DNA of 64,000 nt from Camelus dromedarius (Eukaryota): assembly GCF_036321535.1 (NCBI RefSeq), contig NC_087436.1, positions 87,546,001-87,610,000 of the forward strand, read 5' to 3'. A program made the translations under genes and the position numbers. The notes under the pieces were generated by a model. The model had not been told where the DNA came from. It saw nothing but the letters and a program-made list of their open reading frames with translations, and did not search any database. Numbering within the stretch: position 1 is the stretch's first letter; each line of letters begins with the position of its first letter. Of this stretch, positions 13,201 through 27,985 are shown one piece after another.

Positions 13201-16200
13201 ACAAGCCACTCTAATTTCTTGGTTAATTTTCTACTTGGTAATTTTCTATTTAAAAGCTTCCTCCCCCACCTCTGTTTTTCATTTTACTAAAATTGTGTAA
13301 TTAGTATTGATTCCTTTTTATTTCAAACTTACAATGGAGATTTGATTTATTCCTACATTTTATTTCATACCAAATTTTACCAGCATCTAGTTTACGGCAC
13401 CAAGATTTCTTCTGTGCCCATCATTTCTACCAAAGTTAAATATTCTAAGATTAAATATTGCATCTTTAAGTTATCTCAAGAAAGTTGTATTCCACCCTTT
13501 TTGATATTACAGAAAGAGTAAAAATAATACTTCACATGATTTGGAAATTCAAACATCCCAGAGTGTATAAAATTAAAACAAAAATGCTCACCCCTGTTGG
13601 CTTTCCTCAGAGGTAACTGCTATTAAACATTTCTTGTGTGTCCTTCCATAAAAAACTTAATGGCTATTATATGTATTTCTTCCCTAATTTGGGAGAAAAT
13701 AGAGAATAATTTGGTAAAAAAGAGAGCCTTAAAAAGCAGAGAGAAAACTGCAGGAGACCCACAGAAGGAGTTTGATGCAGGAAACCCAAGTAGACAGGAG
13801 GGTGGGTAAAAAAGAAGCCTGCCCCATCAGCCTAGAAGGATAACAAAGTGAGGCAGAGGCAGAGATGGGATCTGTGCCCAGCTCCCTACTCCTGAGTGGG
13901 AAGAAGGCTCAGCGGCTGAGTTAGGAGGATCTCCTGCCCTGCAGGCTGCTGGGGACCAGCTGGAGACCGCTGGGCCAGGAGAACCCTGAACTGACAGTGT
14001 CTTGGAATGTGACAGAGAGCATTCAGCTTGCCCTCGTGGGGCCCCCAGTCTCCTGTGTTTCATGAATGCTGGGCTGAAACCAGCGACCTGCATGGTGCCC
14101 ACTTTGAGTGAAACAAGCACCCCCGAAGCCTCTACTGCCAGCTAGACAGCCTGGACCAGGAGCTGTATGGACCCATGGCAGGGCCTTCCAAAGGAGGTGG
14201 GAGTCAGGGGACAGGGAAGAGCAACTAGATCCTGACCTGCCTGAGAAAGACCAGACCACACATGTAGAACCTGCTGCACCAGCAGAGATGCCAGCAGAAC
14301 GTTAAAGGGTGGGACCGGGCCAGCCGTCGTTCAGGGGGACACACGCTGTGCATGTGGAAAGTCCAGCACTACGTCCCAAGACCCCTTTCCTACAAGACTG
14401 TGGAAACCCATCTCCTGCACGCTTGGGCACCATCTCGGAAAAGAGTAGGGGAAAGAAGGAAGAAATCTGAAACACTGGGAACTATATTCCCCGAGACACT
14501 GGATTAGACATGAAAAAATTCATTTTTTTCTTTTTCAATACTGATTTTAATTTTTACGTAAAAAATCAAAGGTACACATTGGGAGTTAAACTACCATTTT
14601 TTCCATCTATCTACAGGGGTGACATACAAAACATGAATAACTTTAAATCATGGAATCAGACCAAGTTTTAAACCGGGTCGTACTAAATCGGTTCCCACTC
14701 CTCTAAGGAATTAGAGATAAGAGGAGTTCTTGAGGCAGTTTATCCCTTACATATAAACACAGTTCTCTTTTCATATCCGATTCAGGAGAAGCCATTTGTG
14801 ACTTCACCAGAACTGCTAGACACTTTAATAATCTGCTTCCTTCCATAAGTGTTGTCTCACACAAGTCTCACGAGGTAGGTCTAGAGACATTATCGCCTTT
14901 CTTGCACAAATAGTGAAAGATAAAAGATGTGAGTCATAAACCAGGAAGTGGCAGAGCAGGAGAAGGGATCCAATTTCTCCAGCTAGCTCTCTTTCCGTGG
15001 AGCAAATGAGGATGAAAAACTCCAGATTTGCCACCAAAGACTGGTAAGTTTTTCTGGGACAATGGACACATCACAGGCACTGAGGTTTCTCACTTCAACC
15101 AGAGTAAGTCTTTGGGCAGAGAAGACCCCACACCCCAAGCAAAGCCTGGGAGAAACAAGCCAGCTGTCCTCTGTCTCAGGGTTCTGTTCTCCCTAAGTAT
15201 CCACAAAACCCTGTAACAGCTCCAGACCCCAATTCTCATTTCATTTTGTGCCAAGGACAATGTATTTGCAGTTTTCTCAACTCCCACAAGGCCTCCTTGT
15301 GGCTCTGTTGATCTGCTTTAATTAAATCAAGTCTTCAAGAAAAAAAACCTCATACACAAGACTTGACCTATAACAATATTCATTGTTTTTTTTGCTAATT
15401 TGCAAGGGGAAAAAAAAACCCTACATAAACCCGTTGATCCCAACAGATGGCAGATCCAACTATATGATCATCCAAAAAATTATTTCTCACTTCCGAAATT
15501 AGGTCTACAACCAAGTTCAGGTTCACAGGAAGCCCTGGGATCACATGCAATTTTTCCAGGGTCCAAGATTTGAGCTGTTGTTCCCTTTAAGAGAGACTGG
15601 AAACCTAGCATGGAAATGACGTTTCCAAATCAGATTCTCTCAGTCTGTGGGCTCCAGCCGCTCAGATTTCATGAGGATGACTTCTAGGGGCCTTCAGATC
15701 TTATTTCACATCAAGCGAAGTCTGGTCTTGATTAAAGTTGCAGTGAGGGAAGCACATGGCAGTCAGAGACGCAGCGGCTGGGTAATCAGCCCCTGCTGGT
15801 TCACACTGAAGAAAGTAAGAGCCCATAAACTGCCGTTCATTGAAGCTGGGCTCCAAATGAAACACGAGCTTACACGTTCCCTGTGTTTATATATTGGAGT
15901 TAATTGGGTTTTTAATTATTAAAAGTGAGTCCAACCAGGCAAGGGATTTGGTGAGCTCAAGATTAAAATAACACATCGCCGAGGCAAATTTTCTCCGACT
16001 CCAACATGATGAGTGTGGAGACTCCTTGCTGTCATATATTTTAATAGGAAGGGAGGGGTTGGAGTTGAGACCACTGGCGTGTTACGAAGCTCTTGCATCT
16101 GCAGAGCAGAAGGGATAATGCCTTTAGCCGTTGAATTCCATTAGGACCAGACAAAACACAGCTTCTAGGAAACACTTCTACTGGCTACAAGAACTAGTCA

Positions 16201-18255
16201 TACAGAGAGGAAATGGAGCCTCTCTTCCTGTCATCAGAGCTCCAGGCCAGACCACACCAGACCAGAAATCACACTGGTTACTTCTACAGACACAGCATAG
16301 GGAGAGTCTTTGCAGAGAAGTCTCATTACAAAAGGAATTGGTTCCCAGGTTTTGTCCCAAATGCTCAGAGTTCTTTATGCTGTAGGACATACGCTTTAGC
16401 AGTGAAGTTCCCCAGCTTCATGAGTGGTTTGCTTTTTTATTACAGTGGTGTTGAATATTTCAGAATAATTATGGTAGTAATGCAGCGGGGTGCCCCTGGT
16501 ATTTAAGATGTCTGCTTCCCTTCCTATTAAAACAATGTGCTATTCAGTCCTCTCTCTTCTGCACAATCCTTAACTACTACTTCTCAAAAATATTTATTCT
16601 TTCTCAAGAAATAGCAGTGATGTGTTTTCACCAAAGCCCTTGGGACAACCAGGTTGGATCTGGCAACCTGTACACCCTACAGCAGGTTTTCCTTGGCTAA
16701 CATAGCATCCTGCCTTCACTGGCAACTTCTCACGAGTCAAATTGCAGGATTTCTAGAAGTGCCCATGCCGGCCCCTGCCTGGGAACTGAAAACCAGAAAA
16801 TTGAGAGCCTGGGAATCAGGGAAAGGAACCACAGCACTAGGGGAACAGGGGTGGGACTGGAGCGGGTATGCAGAGAAATGAGATGCTAAGTTTGTTGAGC
16901 AAGAGACAGTTTTAACTATTCTGGCTGCTTCTTTGATGTTCTGTGGAGACCTGGGTTCTCAGCTCAGCTCTCTAGTGCCTGTTCTGCCTTGTTTCAAGTT
17001 CAGTTTTCAAAAATATCTCATGTTATCCAAGGAGAAAGTGAGTCTCTAGGAGGTTAAGTGAATTGCTCACATTCACGGGGGAAACCACAGGTAGAGGAGA
17101 GATGTGCCCCCACAGTGCTGAAGCCAAGGCCTGGGCACCAGTCCCACAGGCCAAGCAGCCTGATACTGCTGCCCAGAGGCTCAGGGGTCGGTTCTCATTG
17201 ACTGATGGAGCTGCACAGGGCTGGGCAGTTCTGGGGGCAGGGGGTGGGGAGGAGACAAGAGGGAGGGGACAGCTTGGTGCCACCTCAGAGGGGAAGCAAA
17301 CGGTGAGACCCCCAGGCCTATCCAGCTATCTGCCCCCTCCTCTTAGCTGCGATTTTCACTCCTACCAATTGTCTCTCTCTCTCTCTCTGTCCCCTTTCAA
17401 AAACATCTTTTTCATTCACCGAATCACTCTCTCCCTCCTCCTGGTGCCCAAAGGGCACTAACTCCCAGCTCTGACAGGAAAGCCTTGTCACAGGGATTCT
17501 TCTTGGGTCAGGTAAAATCCCGAGACAGAGAGAGAAAGGGAGAAGGAAGAGCACAGAAGATAAGGAACCCAGACTGACACCATATTTCTTCAGGAAGGTG
17601 CCCCAACAGCGGCCGCCATCAGGGGGTCACCTCCCGTCTTCCTTCTGCACCCGCTTGTTCCTGACATGCATCCTGCCGAGGCCTCACGCTCCTCTATAGA
17701 AACCAGGCCCTGCAGACTCTGTGTTAGTGATCGTCCTCCAGCCCGGACACACACGGGGCAGCCGTCCAGTGGGGGAGGCTCCTGCTCTCACCCAGGGACA
17801 CTCCCTGTGGGGCAACGGTGGAAGCTCTCATCCACTGAATAACTCAGGGGTGAAGACTCAGGGCCTTGGGGTGACGTCTCCCACATTTCTGAGATGGGGG
17901 TCAGCCTGAGACCTGTCAGAAACCTCCCAAGCTCTACACAGGGCTGCCTGAGCACAAAATGGCCCCGAGCAAACTTGTCCTTGCAGGGGCGGGAGGCCCA
18001 GTGCCACTGCTTGCATCAGCCTGGGAGGCAGAGAACCACCAAGTCAGCCCTCAGAAAGCTGGAACACCCCCAAACACTTCATGTGACTTCAATGGGGGAA
18101 AAACCCCTGGGAAGATTTTTTTTCCCTCACAGGACTCATTGCACTCCGTTTCTGAAGTTTCTGGACTGAGAATTAGTTATTTTAAAATTGGCATCAACTT
18201 AATTCTCATGCTAATCTAAGTCAGGCAAATATTTTACTTCATGGGGCATGAGTGA

Positions 18256-18376
18256 TTTTTTTGTTTATTTGTTTCGGTGGGGTTTTTTATTTTGGCAGGG
18301 GTGGTAATTAGGTTTACTTACATATTTATTTTTAATGGAGGTACTGGGGATTGAACCCACTTAGCTGTACCCTCCC
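18256..18376 (-). mobile_element. Camelid tRNA-derived SINE (Vic-1-like), internally deleted
   Basis: The reverse strand reads gggagggtacagctaagt/gggttcaatccccagtacctcc...aaacctaattacc. About 30 nt between the A and B boxes are missing relative to the 57464 copy. Confidence 0.8.
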
Positions 18377-19511
18377 GCTCCGTGAGTGACTTTTTTTCAA
18401 ACACTGGGTAGAATCTCCCTGGACTCGTCCTCTCTGAGGCAGGGTCCTGGCAAACAGACTTTACATATTTAGGAATAAAATTGCCCGCAGCTGGTTCTCG
18501 AGCCTTCATCAGCACATCTTTGGATGCAGTACAGAATGTGTGTCCACAGGCTTGTATGCAGTTGACAGACTCGCTCACTCCAGCTGGTCTGGAAGTTCTG
18601 TCCATTGGTCATAAACCAGAAGGGGAAGCAGCACAGGGAAAAAGTTGTGTCCTCGTTGTCAGCCATACCTGCCAACCTCCCTCGATAACGCTGGCCCTGC
18701 GTTTCACACAGAGCATCAGCAGTCCACTGCGCACGAAGCTGAGCCAGAGGAAAAGTGATGAAGTAGATAACCCAGCTCTCTTCTCTCAGTAAAACCTAGA
18801 GAAGTATTCTATTCATGGAAACAATACCACGCTGTTCCCTGTTCGTTGCCACATTGGTTGGCGTGGCTTCCTTGTGGCTCTGAGACACCATGTGCAAATC
18901 TACCTCTGTGGCTGGAATTCCCTCATCAGACAAATGCCGTGAAGCTGGGGCCCGTACTGAAGTTAGGACACTGCTGGGGGTACTGTGGACAGGGCTTCCA
19001 CGGGCAGCCTTAACCCATCATCATGAGGGCAATAAGAACAGGAGCAAAGGGAATTCTCTAGACACCAGGGACCTCTTTTCTAGTCAGATTCTGGTCAGCA
19101 GTCCCCCGCCCCGTGGGAAATTGTGAAGGGAGGCAAGCACAGACCTCTGGGGACCATGGAGGCTGACTGTCTTCTCTGAAAGCCTCAGGTGACAGACTGG
19201 CTTCATGTTTTGCCCCTGTTATTTGCATGAGTTATTTTGTCCTCAAAGACCTTAAACTTTGAAGAAATTATGATGCCTCCCCTCCACCCCCACTTATAAT
19301 TCAACTTTTTGTCACAGTTGAAAACTGAAGGAAGCCCTACAAAGTTCTGATTATTTCCTAAAGCTACTTATAGTACTTTTTTGAAAATAACAAACACTAG
19401 AATTGTTTTATTGGCTGGGGTGACCTGGCTTTGCTGATACCCATGTTAATTCTGACCAGCAGCAGCCGCAAATTGTCCTGGTCCTCTCTCCCTAAGTTCA
19501 AAGTCAAAACA

Positions 19512-19620
19512 TTTGGGTCATTTTTTTAGATTCCACATATAAGTGATATCGTATGATATTTTTCTTTCTCTTTCTGGCTTACTTCACTTAGTGTGACTAT
19601 ACACACTTCAATAAAAAAAA
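19512..19620 (+). mobile_element. Tiny 5'-inverted L1 insertion
   Basis: 19512-19591 is the reverse complement of the L1 ORF2 end (compare 1732-1800). It is followed by the forward tail tgactatacacacttcaataaaaaa. TSD aaagtcaaaaca / aaaatcaaaaca. Confidence 0.8.
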
Positions 19621-22600
19621 AATCAAAACAGAGCATTGTTGCTGGTCCTCTGGGTTATAAACCTACATAGATCTGCAAGTTCATGGAAAGACAGGGAAAA
19701 AGATAAGCTTTCGTTTGATTCCTCTATTACCACAACTAAGAATATTTAGAAATTAACAAGTTCATTTAAATGTATTTGTGGCTCTTGGGAAAGGGGTGTT
19801 CCAAGAGAGGAGGTATAGTGGACATCAGTATTATCTCCAAATGGAATGACTTTCTGAAGTTTCTTTATAGAGTTCTCACTGTTCTCCAAAACAGAGATCA
19901 ATCAAGTGTCGGTTTTCACTGCACCATCCTGCAGTTGCTGGAAAGCTAACTCTTCCTAAGGCAACTCTCCAATACACAGAGACTAAAGCCAAACAAGACA
20001 TGTTTCAGAAAGTCCCATCAAAGAATGAACAATGGAATCGCATCCAGTAATTAATAAACCCCTTATCTTAGGCTTTCCCAAGGAAATGTCTCTCTTCCTG
20101 ATGCAAGATGTTTTCTTCCAGTGTGAATGTCAGAGATCATATTTTGCTCAAATAAAACAGTTCCTGTGTTGCTGAATCTCTTTAAACGTTTATCCACTGT
20201 ACCCTGGATTAGAAATGCCCTTTAGGTCCACCAGTACAGGTGTCCACACATCAGACTGGCACTTCCCTCCCATAGTCCAGGTTGGTCTGAAACACTCCTA
20301 GGAATTAAAAGGAGGTGTATTGATCAGACCTGTGCAACACAGTTCGTGTGATCAGAAACTGAAATTGGGCAAGTCCTCATTGCTTCTTGGATCAAGCATT
20401 TTTCATTTTTGTGGCTACAGAGAAAAGTTGCTGATAAGTGCAGTTTCATCTGATACAAGAAACTTGCTACATTTGGTCTTTTTTTTTTTTTTTCCAATCT
20501 GATTTACTGTAAAGATACAGGTCACAATGAGATTCTCTCATCAAAGCCCAGTGATACTAGGCATATTGGGCTAATTTGCAGACAATTCAGAGCATGCATT
20601 CAGATTCTGAAAGAACGTATTCTCAGTATAATCCTCTCTTTATTTAAAATGCAGACAATTTGTTCATCATGGATTTTTTTCATTAACTTTGACTTTTAAA
20701 AATATTGCATTAAAATATTAGTTTATTACTGAGTTTTTTGTTTTTTGTTTTTATCCAATGCAACTGCATTACCTGCCTCACCTTGGTACAGATCCTGGTG
20801 CATACTTGATTTCTGAAAGAATCTCAGAAGAAAGGCAGGACTCCTGTTTGTAGGGTTTATATCCCCTCAGTGGGGGAACAGCAGAAATGGTTCTGATGAT
20901 CTCTTCTTACATGAGACCTTCCAAGAACTTTAAAGAAGCCACTTAACCAACAGTAAAGCCACCTTCTCTTATGCAAGTATATTGCATAAAGTTCACTGTT
21001 GGGCAAAGCACAATTCTAAGGGACACTGTTCTCATCATAGTCTAATCTGAGCTACTCAGGACTACAGTCAGTCCACAGGCTATTGATTTTAGGTCCACCA
21101 TTAAATTAGGAGCTTGCATCAAAATTTAAATCTACTGTGTCCCTAAGCATGCTGTTTAGTGCAGCCTTTTTTTTTTTTTTTCCATAGCAAGATTTTCTCA
21201 GTGAAGGAAGCAGTGCATTGATTTGCATTCTCGTCCCAGTTCCTTGTTGACTAGCACTGTAAGTAGCAGTGACCCAAATGAGAGGTACTCCCTGGGGTTG
21301 TGGAAAGCAAAATCTACACAACTGAATGTGGACATCCAGTTTTCCCCTCTCCTTGCCTTGCTGATAGACAGCTCCAGCAGCAAACAGCCCACCTTCAAAG
21401 TCTTCTTTAATCCTCGCCTCTTTTCCTTACATCTTTAATCAAAACTTTTTCCTTTCCCAGTTTGACTCTGAGGCAAATGTTCTATTACACTATTCTTGTT
21501 TAAGAGAGAGATACCTACCCACAATGACTTCTGTCTTCCTGATACCTCGCACAATGTCTATTTATTGAAAATAAATACAAAGTAGGTAGACGCTCTATTT
21601 GTTTAAACTACATACAAATAAGCTCTAGGCTAGTTGAGGGTTTGTAACGTCAGTTAACAGTGTCCTTGTTATTGATAATAAACCCACACCAAGGAAGTTT
21701 CCTTTCCTTCAGCCATCAGCGACAATACCCTAAAACTGTTATGTCTCTGATGATGCCATAAAAATTGAGAATTGAGCCCCTTCTCCATAAGTCTGACCCA
21801 GATGATGCAGAGCATAAAGACCTGGGTTAAAGTTTCAGTGATGGAGTGGGGAGTAGAAAGTCTTTTGTAAATTTTTATTTGGAAACTATCATTTTAACTT
21901 AGGCTTAGGTGTGCGGTCATTGGCAGAAGGAATATTTAACTGATAAATTCACTGACTGTAATGGCATAAATTTTAAGATCAATGTTCTCTGAGAAACTAT
22001 GTTTAAAAATAAAATGATAAAAAATACCAGTGCAGGTGTAGAGAAGCCAAAATGGAAATCTACATTTTTGACAAGACACATTTCTGCTTCTGCATAGATA
22101 TATTTTTTTTAGATAAATAGTTTTTAACTAATGCTATAAATTTTTTCCTTTCATTTATGACTTTTCAAACACTCCAGCAGTATTATTCTAGTGAGCCCCT
22201 ATGATTTCTTAGGGAGTTTTTTGACAATATTATTCCACTTTTCAGGTGAACTCTGAAATATTTGGTTAGAATAACCCTAAGCGTTTCTGAAACTGACCTC
22301 CCTGCCCAGGACAGACCTGGGGAGTTTGACCATGGGAAACGGTAACAATTTGAAAAATCATAGAAATATTAAAGGATCATTAAGGAAACCACCAGTTTCT
22401 CCTATTCCATGCTTAAGAGCAAAGCTCTATATTCAAAATATTTATTAACAAATTGAATTATGTCTCAATAAGAACTCCAAGTTAACAAGATGGTGGTGTT
22501 AGGTTGCATAAGGAAATTTAAAAATTAGCACACAGAAAGCTTCATTCTAGCAGAGAAATTGCTTCCTGAGTCTTGGGGATCAAATGCATAAATCCTTTAT

Positions 22601-23977
22601 TAGGTATAAAGATAGTTATTTAACACTTCATATTTTCTATTACACTCTTTGTATTTTATTTCTGGCCATCTTCCATCAATTTAAGTTATTCTCCAAATTT
22701 ATGGAGAGCAGTAAAACTAGTAATTAAGTTACAGAACTGACTTAAGGAATTGTTATTTCCCAGTTTGAGTCAGTACTGACGCTTCGTGGCCTCTTATTTC
22801 TTACACAACATTGCCATCTCATGGCCAAGTCCACAAATTTCCTAGCCAAACTCCAGGCCTAAATGAACTAGAGACCTCAACAGCGCCAGACTGGAAGTGA
22901 TTTATATCCCAGAATTTCCTTTCATTGTGGATCAAATTGGTTAAGGAGGAAGGGGTCACCCCCCTCCAAAAACTTTACAACTTTGATTTCCAATAATCAA
23001 GGTGGTTTTCTCTTGCATGGCCACTTTTGGCTATTCAAGGAAGAAAAGCTAAATCAAACAAGGAAAACACTGAGAAAAAAAAATTTTATGATTTCCACCA
23101 AAGCACCATGTATTTCAAATACTGGCACATTCAATTTGAAGTTACATTTGGCCTCTCTGCAACAATATTTCTTCCCTAGAATTTTATAGAACATACTTTT
23201 CAACACTAAGACACCGTAGGGATGAGAGATTACATTGGGCTCTGGAAAAAAAAAGAAAAGAAAAAAAACTTCCGTTTCCATGAATAGAAATTGAAACAGG
23301 TTCATTTCTAATCTTCTCTTTGGGACATTTGGTGAATAAACAGAAAAAGTCAAATTTCTCTCCTCTAGTCAATGTTTGGGAAAATTCCAGTGGAGGTGGG
23401 CCACCTGTGAGGTCTAATATTTGGATGTCAGTTTCAGTCTATTTTTGATGTTCTCTGGAGACTCATATGAATAATCGTAAAGCTGTTCCTAAGTCTGAAT
23501 CGCCCAGGTGACTAGCTCCATTTGGCGGACAACCACGGCCAGTCAGACAGTGGTCGACGGGAACTCATTATCTTCACTGTGACTCTGGCTCTGGATAACA
23601 CATAGTAAACATGGGATGGAAGGAATGACCTATGAAATACATATTCTGACAGCTCGACAAAGAAGCTATCCAAATATGAAACGCAAGAAAAGACATTTTT
23701 ACGTTCTGGGGAAGAAAACTAAAATTTCTATTTTTTTGTCCTTTTATTGAAAAAGCTAATGGAATAGCAACATCTTTATATGTATGGATACAGATCAAGA
23801 ATACTAAATTTTCAGTAATTTACCTATTACTGGAGTATGGCAAATAATTTAATATTCTCAGAGGCTTTTAAATTAATATGTTATTGTCCATTTAGAAAGT
23901 TAGGAAGACAGCATATTACATGCAATAAATCCTTTCTGCAATATTCTGCTTGTGAGTCATTAAAGCCAGATCCAGGC

Positions 23978-24125
23978 CAGTGGTTTTCAAACTGGAAGGC
24001 TGATGTTAAAAATACAGATGCCCCTGGAGATTCTGATTCAGTGTGCTTGGAGTGGAGTCCAAGAATCTGTCTCTAATAAGCATGCTAAGTGATTTTCCTC
24101 ATCAAATCAGTTTGGCAAATATTAG
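23978..24125. mobile_element. MER5-like hAT-Charlie MITE
   Basis: cagtggttttcaaactgg...aaaatacagatgcc...gagattctgattcagt...ccaagaatctg. Confidence 0.7.
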
Positions 24126-25089
24126 TCAACATTTTTATCACAGTGACTTAAGATGTAAGTATACTCACAACTCAGACCTACTGGAAGTATAATTTAAGAA
24201 TTGTCATTTTTAATAACCCAAATATTCAAACATTTGGAAAATAATTATTTAAAAATTGCATAAAATGCATGCATTGTATGAATCAGGATACAAATTCATT
24301 TCCATATGGAGTGCTATTCAGTGTGTTCTAATTTTGAATAATAGACATTTGTCTCTTCCATTGATTCATAATTACATTAAAATTTAAGTGCCTGTTCTTA
24401 AGAAGTGTAAACGGATTTGCGATCGAGAGATTAACTAGGAAAACAAAACTCTGACAAAGGAAGTAGAAGAGAAAACAGAAGTGAACGTGCAAAAATATAA
24501 CCTGTAAGGGGCTGAAGGGAAAACATGAATGCTGCGAAAGCAGCACTGACATCAACACTGGGCTCAAGGGAACTTTATTTTATGATACAATTGATAGAAG
24601 GGTGAAGAAAATAAGACAAAAGGAAAAGATAATAGAAGTATAAAGAATAGAGATAAATATGAGATTTCCATTTGGAGCCTTTTATTCTGTAATGAATTTA
24701 CTGGGTGAAAACTGTTTATCAGGTGATAGGGTCAGAACTCTTCCCTTATAAAAGCTGATAAAACTTAACTCCCAATGCTCATGAACATCTGTAATTCTAA
24801 AGAACAAATAAAGTCTTAGGAAGCACTTCCTGAAAAAGTTCTTTTAGAACAGTCCCTCTACAAGAACTCCATGGAAAAAAAGTGTTCCATGGTGAAATAA
24901 ATTTGGAAAGTCTGCACAAAAACTTCTCCCTAAAGTTCCCCACAAACAGTAGGTTAAAGGCTCTGAAGAGTCCTGCAGAGAAGACTTGTTCAAATCACTT
25001 TTAAGTCATTATTTTCCCAACTTAATTGACCACAGGACATTTTTTTTTCAATCCATATCTTATTAAACTTCTGTAGTATCAGTGGGAAG

Positions 25090-25280
25090 AGGGTAGGGCT
25101 CAACTTCAGAAAACCAGGGCTTGAACTTTTGCTCCAACGTGTACCTGCTTCACGACCTGGGTCAGGTTACTTAATAATGCCTTACCCTCAGTTTCTCCAT
25201 CTGTAAAATGGGTTTAATAATGTAAAGCACTTAGCACAATGTCTGGCATGTAATAATGTTGAATTAAGTACTAGTTATTT
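25090..25280 (+). mobile_element. MIR SINE
   Basis: gacctgggtcaggttacttaa...cctcagtttctccatctgtaaaatggg...gtaaagcacttagcacaatgtctggca. Confidence 0.8.
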
Positions 25281-25614
25281 GTATTTACAGAGGCTATTCT
25301 GGGAAACATAGGGTCATCTTAAGCTTTCTGCCAAATTATCCGTAGGAAGTATACATATTAAATTATGTCATCACTCTTCATAACATCCAGAAGAAATTTA
25401 TTTTTCCAAAGTAAATCTGAATGTTTTTCTTTGATTTTCCCTCGAGGCCTCCATCCCCGGCCCTTTTTATTTTCAGTTGGGCAGTTTCAAATCAAACCAA
25501 GAAAGGTCAGAAGTCAGTCACATCACATCCAGGCCAGTGATTTGCAGCAGAAAGCTGTCATAAACAACAGAATATAATATGGGTACAAATGGGTCTTGGA
25601 GCAAAGATAACCAT

Positions 25615-25982
25615 TATCTTAGTCTGTTCAGGCTGCCATAACGTAAACAGCATAGAGTGGGAGCTTAGCCAACAAACATTTATTTCTCACAGTTCTGGAG
25701 CCTGGGTGGATGAAGTCAAGGTGCCAGCCGCTTTGATGTCTAGTGAGAACCTACTTCGGGGTTCGCAGATGGCCATCTTCTTGCCGAGTCCTGACGTGGC
25801 AGAAGGGCTGCGGGAGCTCGCTGGGGTCTCTTTTATAAGGATGCTAATCACATGCATGGGTGGGCGCTCCACCCTCATGACCTGATCACCTCCCAAAGGC
25901 CCCATCTCCAAATACCATCACATAGGGGTTTAGGTTCCAATATGTGAATTTTGGAGGGACACAACTATCCAGTCCATAGTGA
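25615..25982 (-). mobile_element. MLT1A/MST-like solo LTR
   Basis: cttagtctgttcaggctgccataac...ccaccctcatgacctgatcacctcccaaaggccccatctccaaataccatcaca...gaattttggagggacaca. Confidence 0.85.
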
Positions 25983-27797
25983 CCATTTCTAAGGTGAAGC
26001 TGCCTTTTGGGAAGACAGAACTCTCACTAGCTAGTAAAATCATGCTGGTGCCAAACACAACAGTGGAATAGGTGAAACCTGGTTTTCATGCCTTTGACCA
26101 TCCCATTCAAAGGGGAAAAACTTTTCCACTATATATCCTGCCAACCCTAATCACATATTAAGGGCCCTAATAATCCTTCATCTCCCTCTCCAACCAAATG
26201 ACTTTCTGGAAATACTCCAAAACCTCCTTCGTACCGTGAGATTACTGCTCCAAATTATTTGCATTTGCTTTCTAACATCCTTCCAAATCTCAAGTCTGAG
26301 TAAAACACTATATGTGAAATGTCAAGAATTTGCTAATGAAGTGTGGGAGGGGAGACCTTCCAGGGAGGGAAATTGCTTCTGTGGAAAGTGGATTCTCCAA
26401 ACTTGATGATGTGTCTTCTCTTGTTTTAATTAATGCCTCCCTTCTAAGGTTGAGTACAAAGTCCTTTGTGGCTTACTCGCCGTTCCCAGCACATTGTCAT
26501 TATTAGGCCACACTTGTTTCTTCTTAGATCATTCTCATCACAAGTTACAGTAAGATGGGAAACTTCCCTGAATGAGTTATCACAAAGTCAAGGTTTCCAG
26601 ATGACAATACCACGGAAGACACTGATTCAACCCACTATCAACATCATGGATTTAAGATACAAGAGATTCCTTACCTATAACCAGTCAGTGCAGCATCTTT
26701 CAGAGATCACAGACTCACCCTGTAAGTACACACTGCCCAGGACTGCTGAATGCATTCTCCTCACAACTGAAAGTCTTGTTCACCTTTGCATCCCAGGGCC
26801 TGATGCAATGCCTAGAGCATCATTCAACAAGCATCGACAGACAAATGCTTCTTAAATGAATCAATGATGAATGAATAAATAACTACTTCCATTCTCATTT
26901 CAACTTTGTGACCCCCAGAGCCAGGCCAATTCCGAAATCTGTTTTTCTGAAGACACCGCCCTGAAACTTGTTCCCTCTTCTAAGAAGTAAGTAGAAGGGG
27001 AATATAATGCCCTGTCAGCAGCATCCCAACACCAGAAATCAATTGCAAAAGTGTCCAATGCATCAAACGGCATTCTGACAATTGTCCAGTTACTAACGAC
27101 CTTTTCCAAAATACATTTCACATCATATTTCAAGATACTGTTTTGGTTGTATCACTTAAATTATGACTTAAACTGTATTGAAATAAAGCCATAACATACC
27201 ATTTGTCATATTTTTTGTTGCTCACCCACTAGGAAAGAGAGTTAGCTGCCTGGTTTTGATATACTAATTGCCAATAACACTATGGAAAGTATGATGTTCA
27301 TGCTGGCACCCAGGGGGGCAATTTTTAGTTGTGAAATTATCCCATCATACTCCATTTAAAATAAGAAAATTAGTTCTTGCTTCATTTTCAAGGCCCCTAT
27401 TCACTCACTGCCTTAAGACCAAGAAGCTTCACCACTTTGGTATTTAAATGGCATATACTGAATGTCATTTACCCATATGGTTCCTGGGCTCACATTTCAA
27501 TGACCTAATGCAGTTTGTAATACTGGTTTCTTAAAAATCTCCATAACACATTACTCGTAATTATAGGTATGATATTATTCAACGGCATGCTACTGAGAAG
27601 TCTTCCACTGAACCCAAATTTATAGAACTCTCCTGGCAGCAGTCTGCCTAGTGAAGGATTTGCAGGGTGCCTGAAAGTGAAGTTTAATGGCCTACAACTC
27701 GCCCTGTTACTTAGGAACACAGTAGGTGGGGCACACAGCTGTCATGGGACATATTAGAATGGATCTAGACTCAATTCTAAAAAACGAAAAAGAAAAA

Positions 27798-27985
27798 CTG
27801 TATAGCACAGGGAACTATATTCAATATCTTGTAGTCACCTATAATGAAAAAGAATATGAAAACGAATATATGTATGTATATGCATGAAACATTATGCTGT
27901 ACACCAGAAACTGACACATTGTAAACTGACTATACTTCAATTAAAAAAAAGAAAGAAAGAAAGAGAAAAAAACAAACAAAAAAGA
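27798..27985 (+). mobile_element. 5'-truncated L1 3' UTR with A-rich tail (camelid/artiodactyl-type)
   Basis: ctgtatagcacagggaactatattcaatatcttgta...acattgtaaactgactatacttcaattaaaaaa. Confidence 0.85.
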
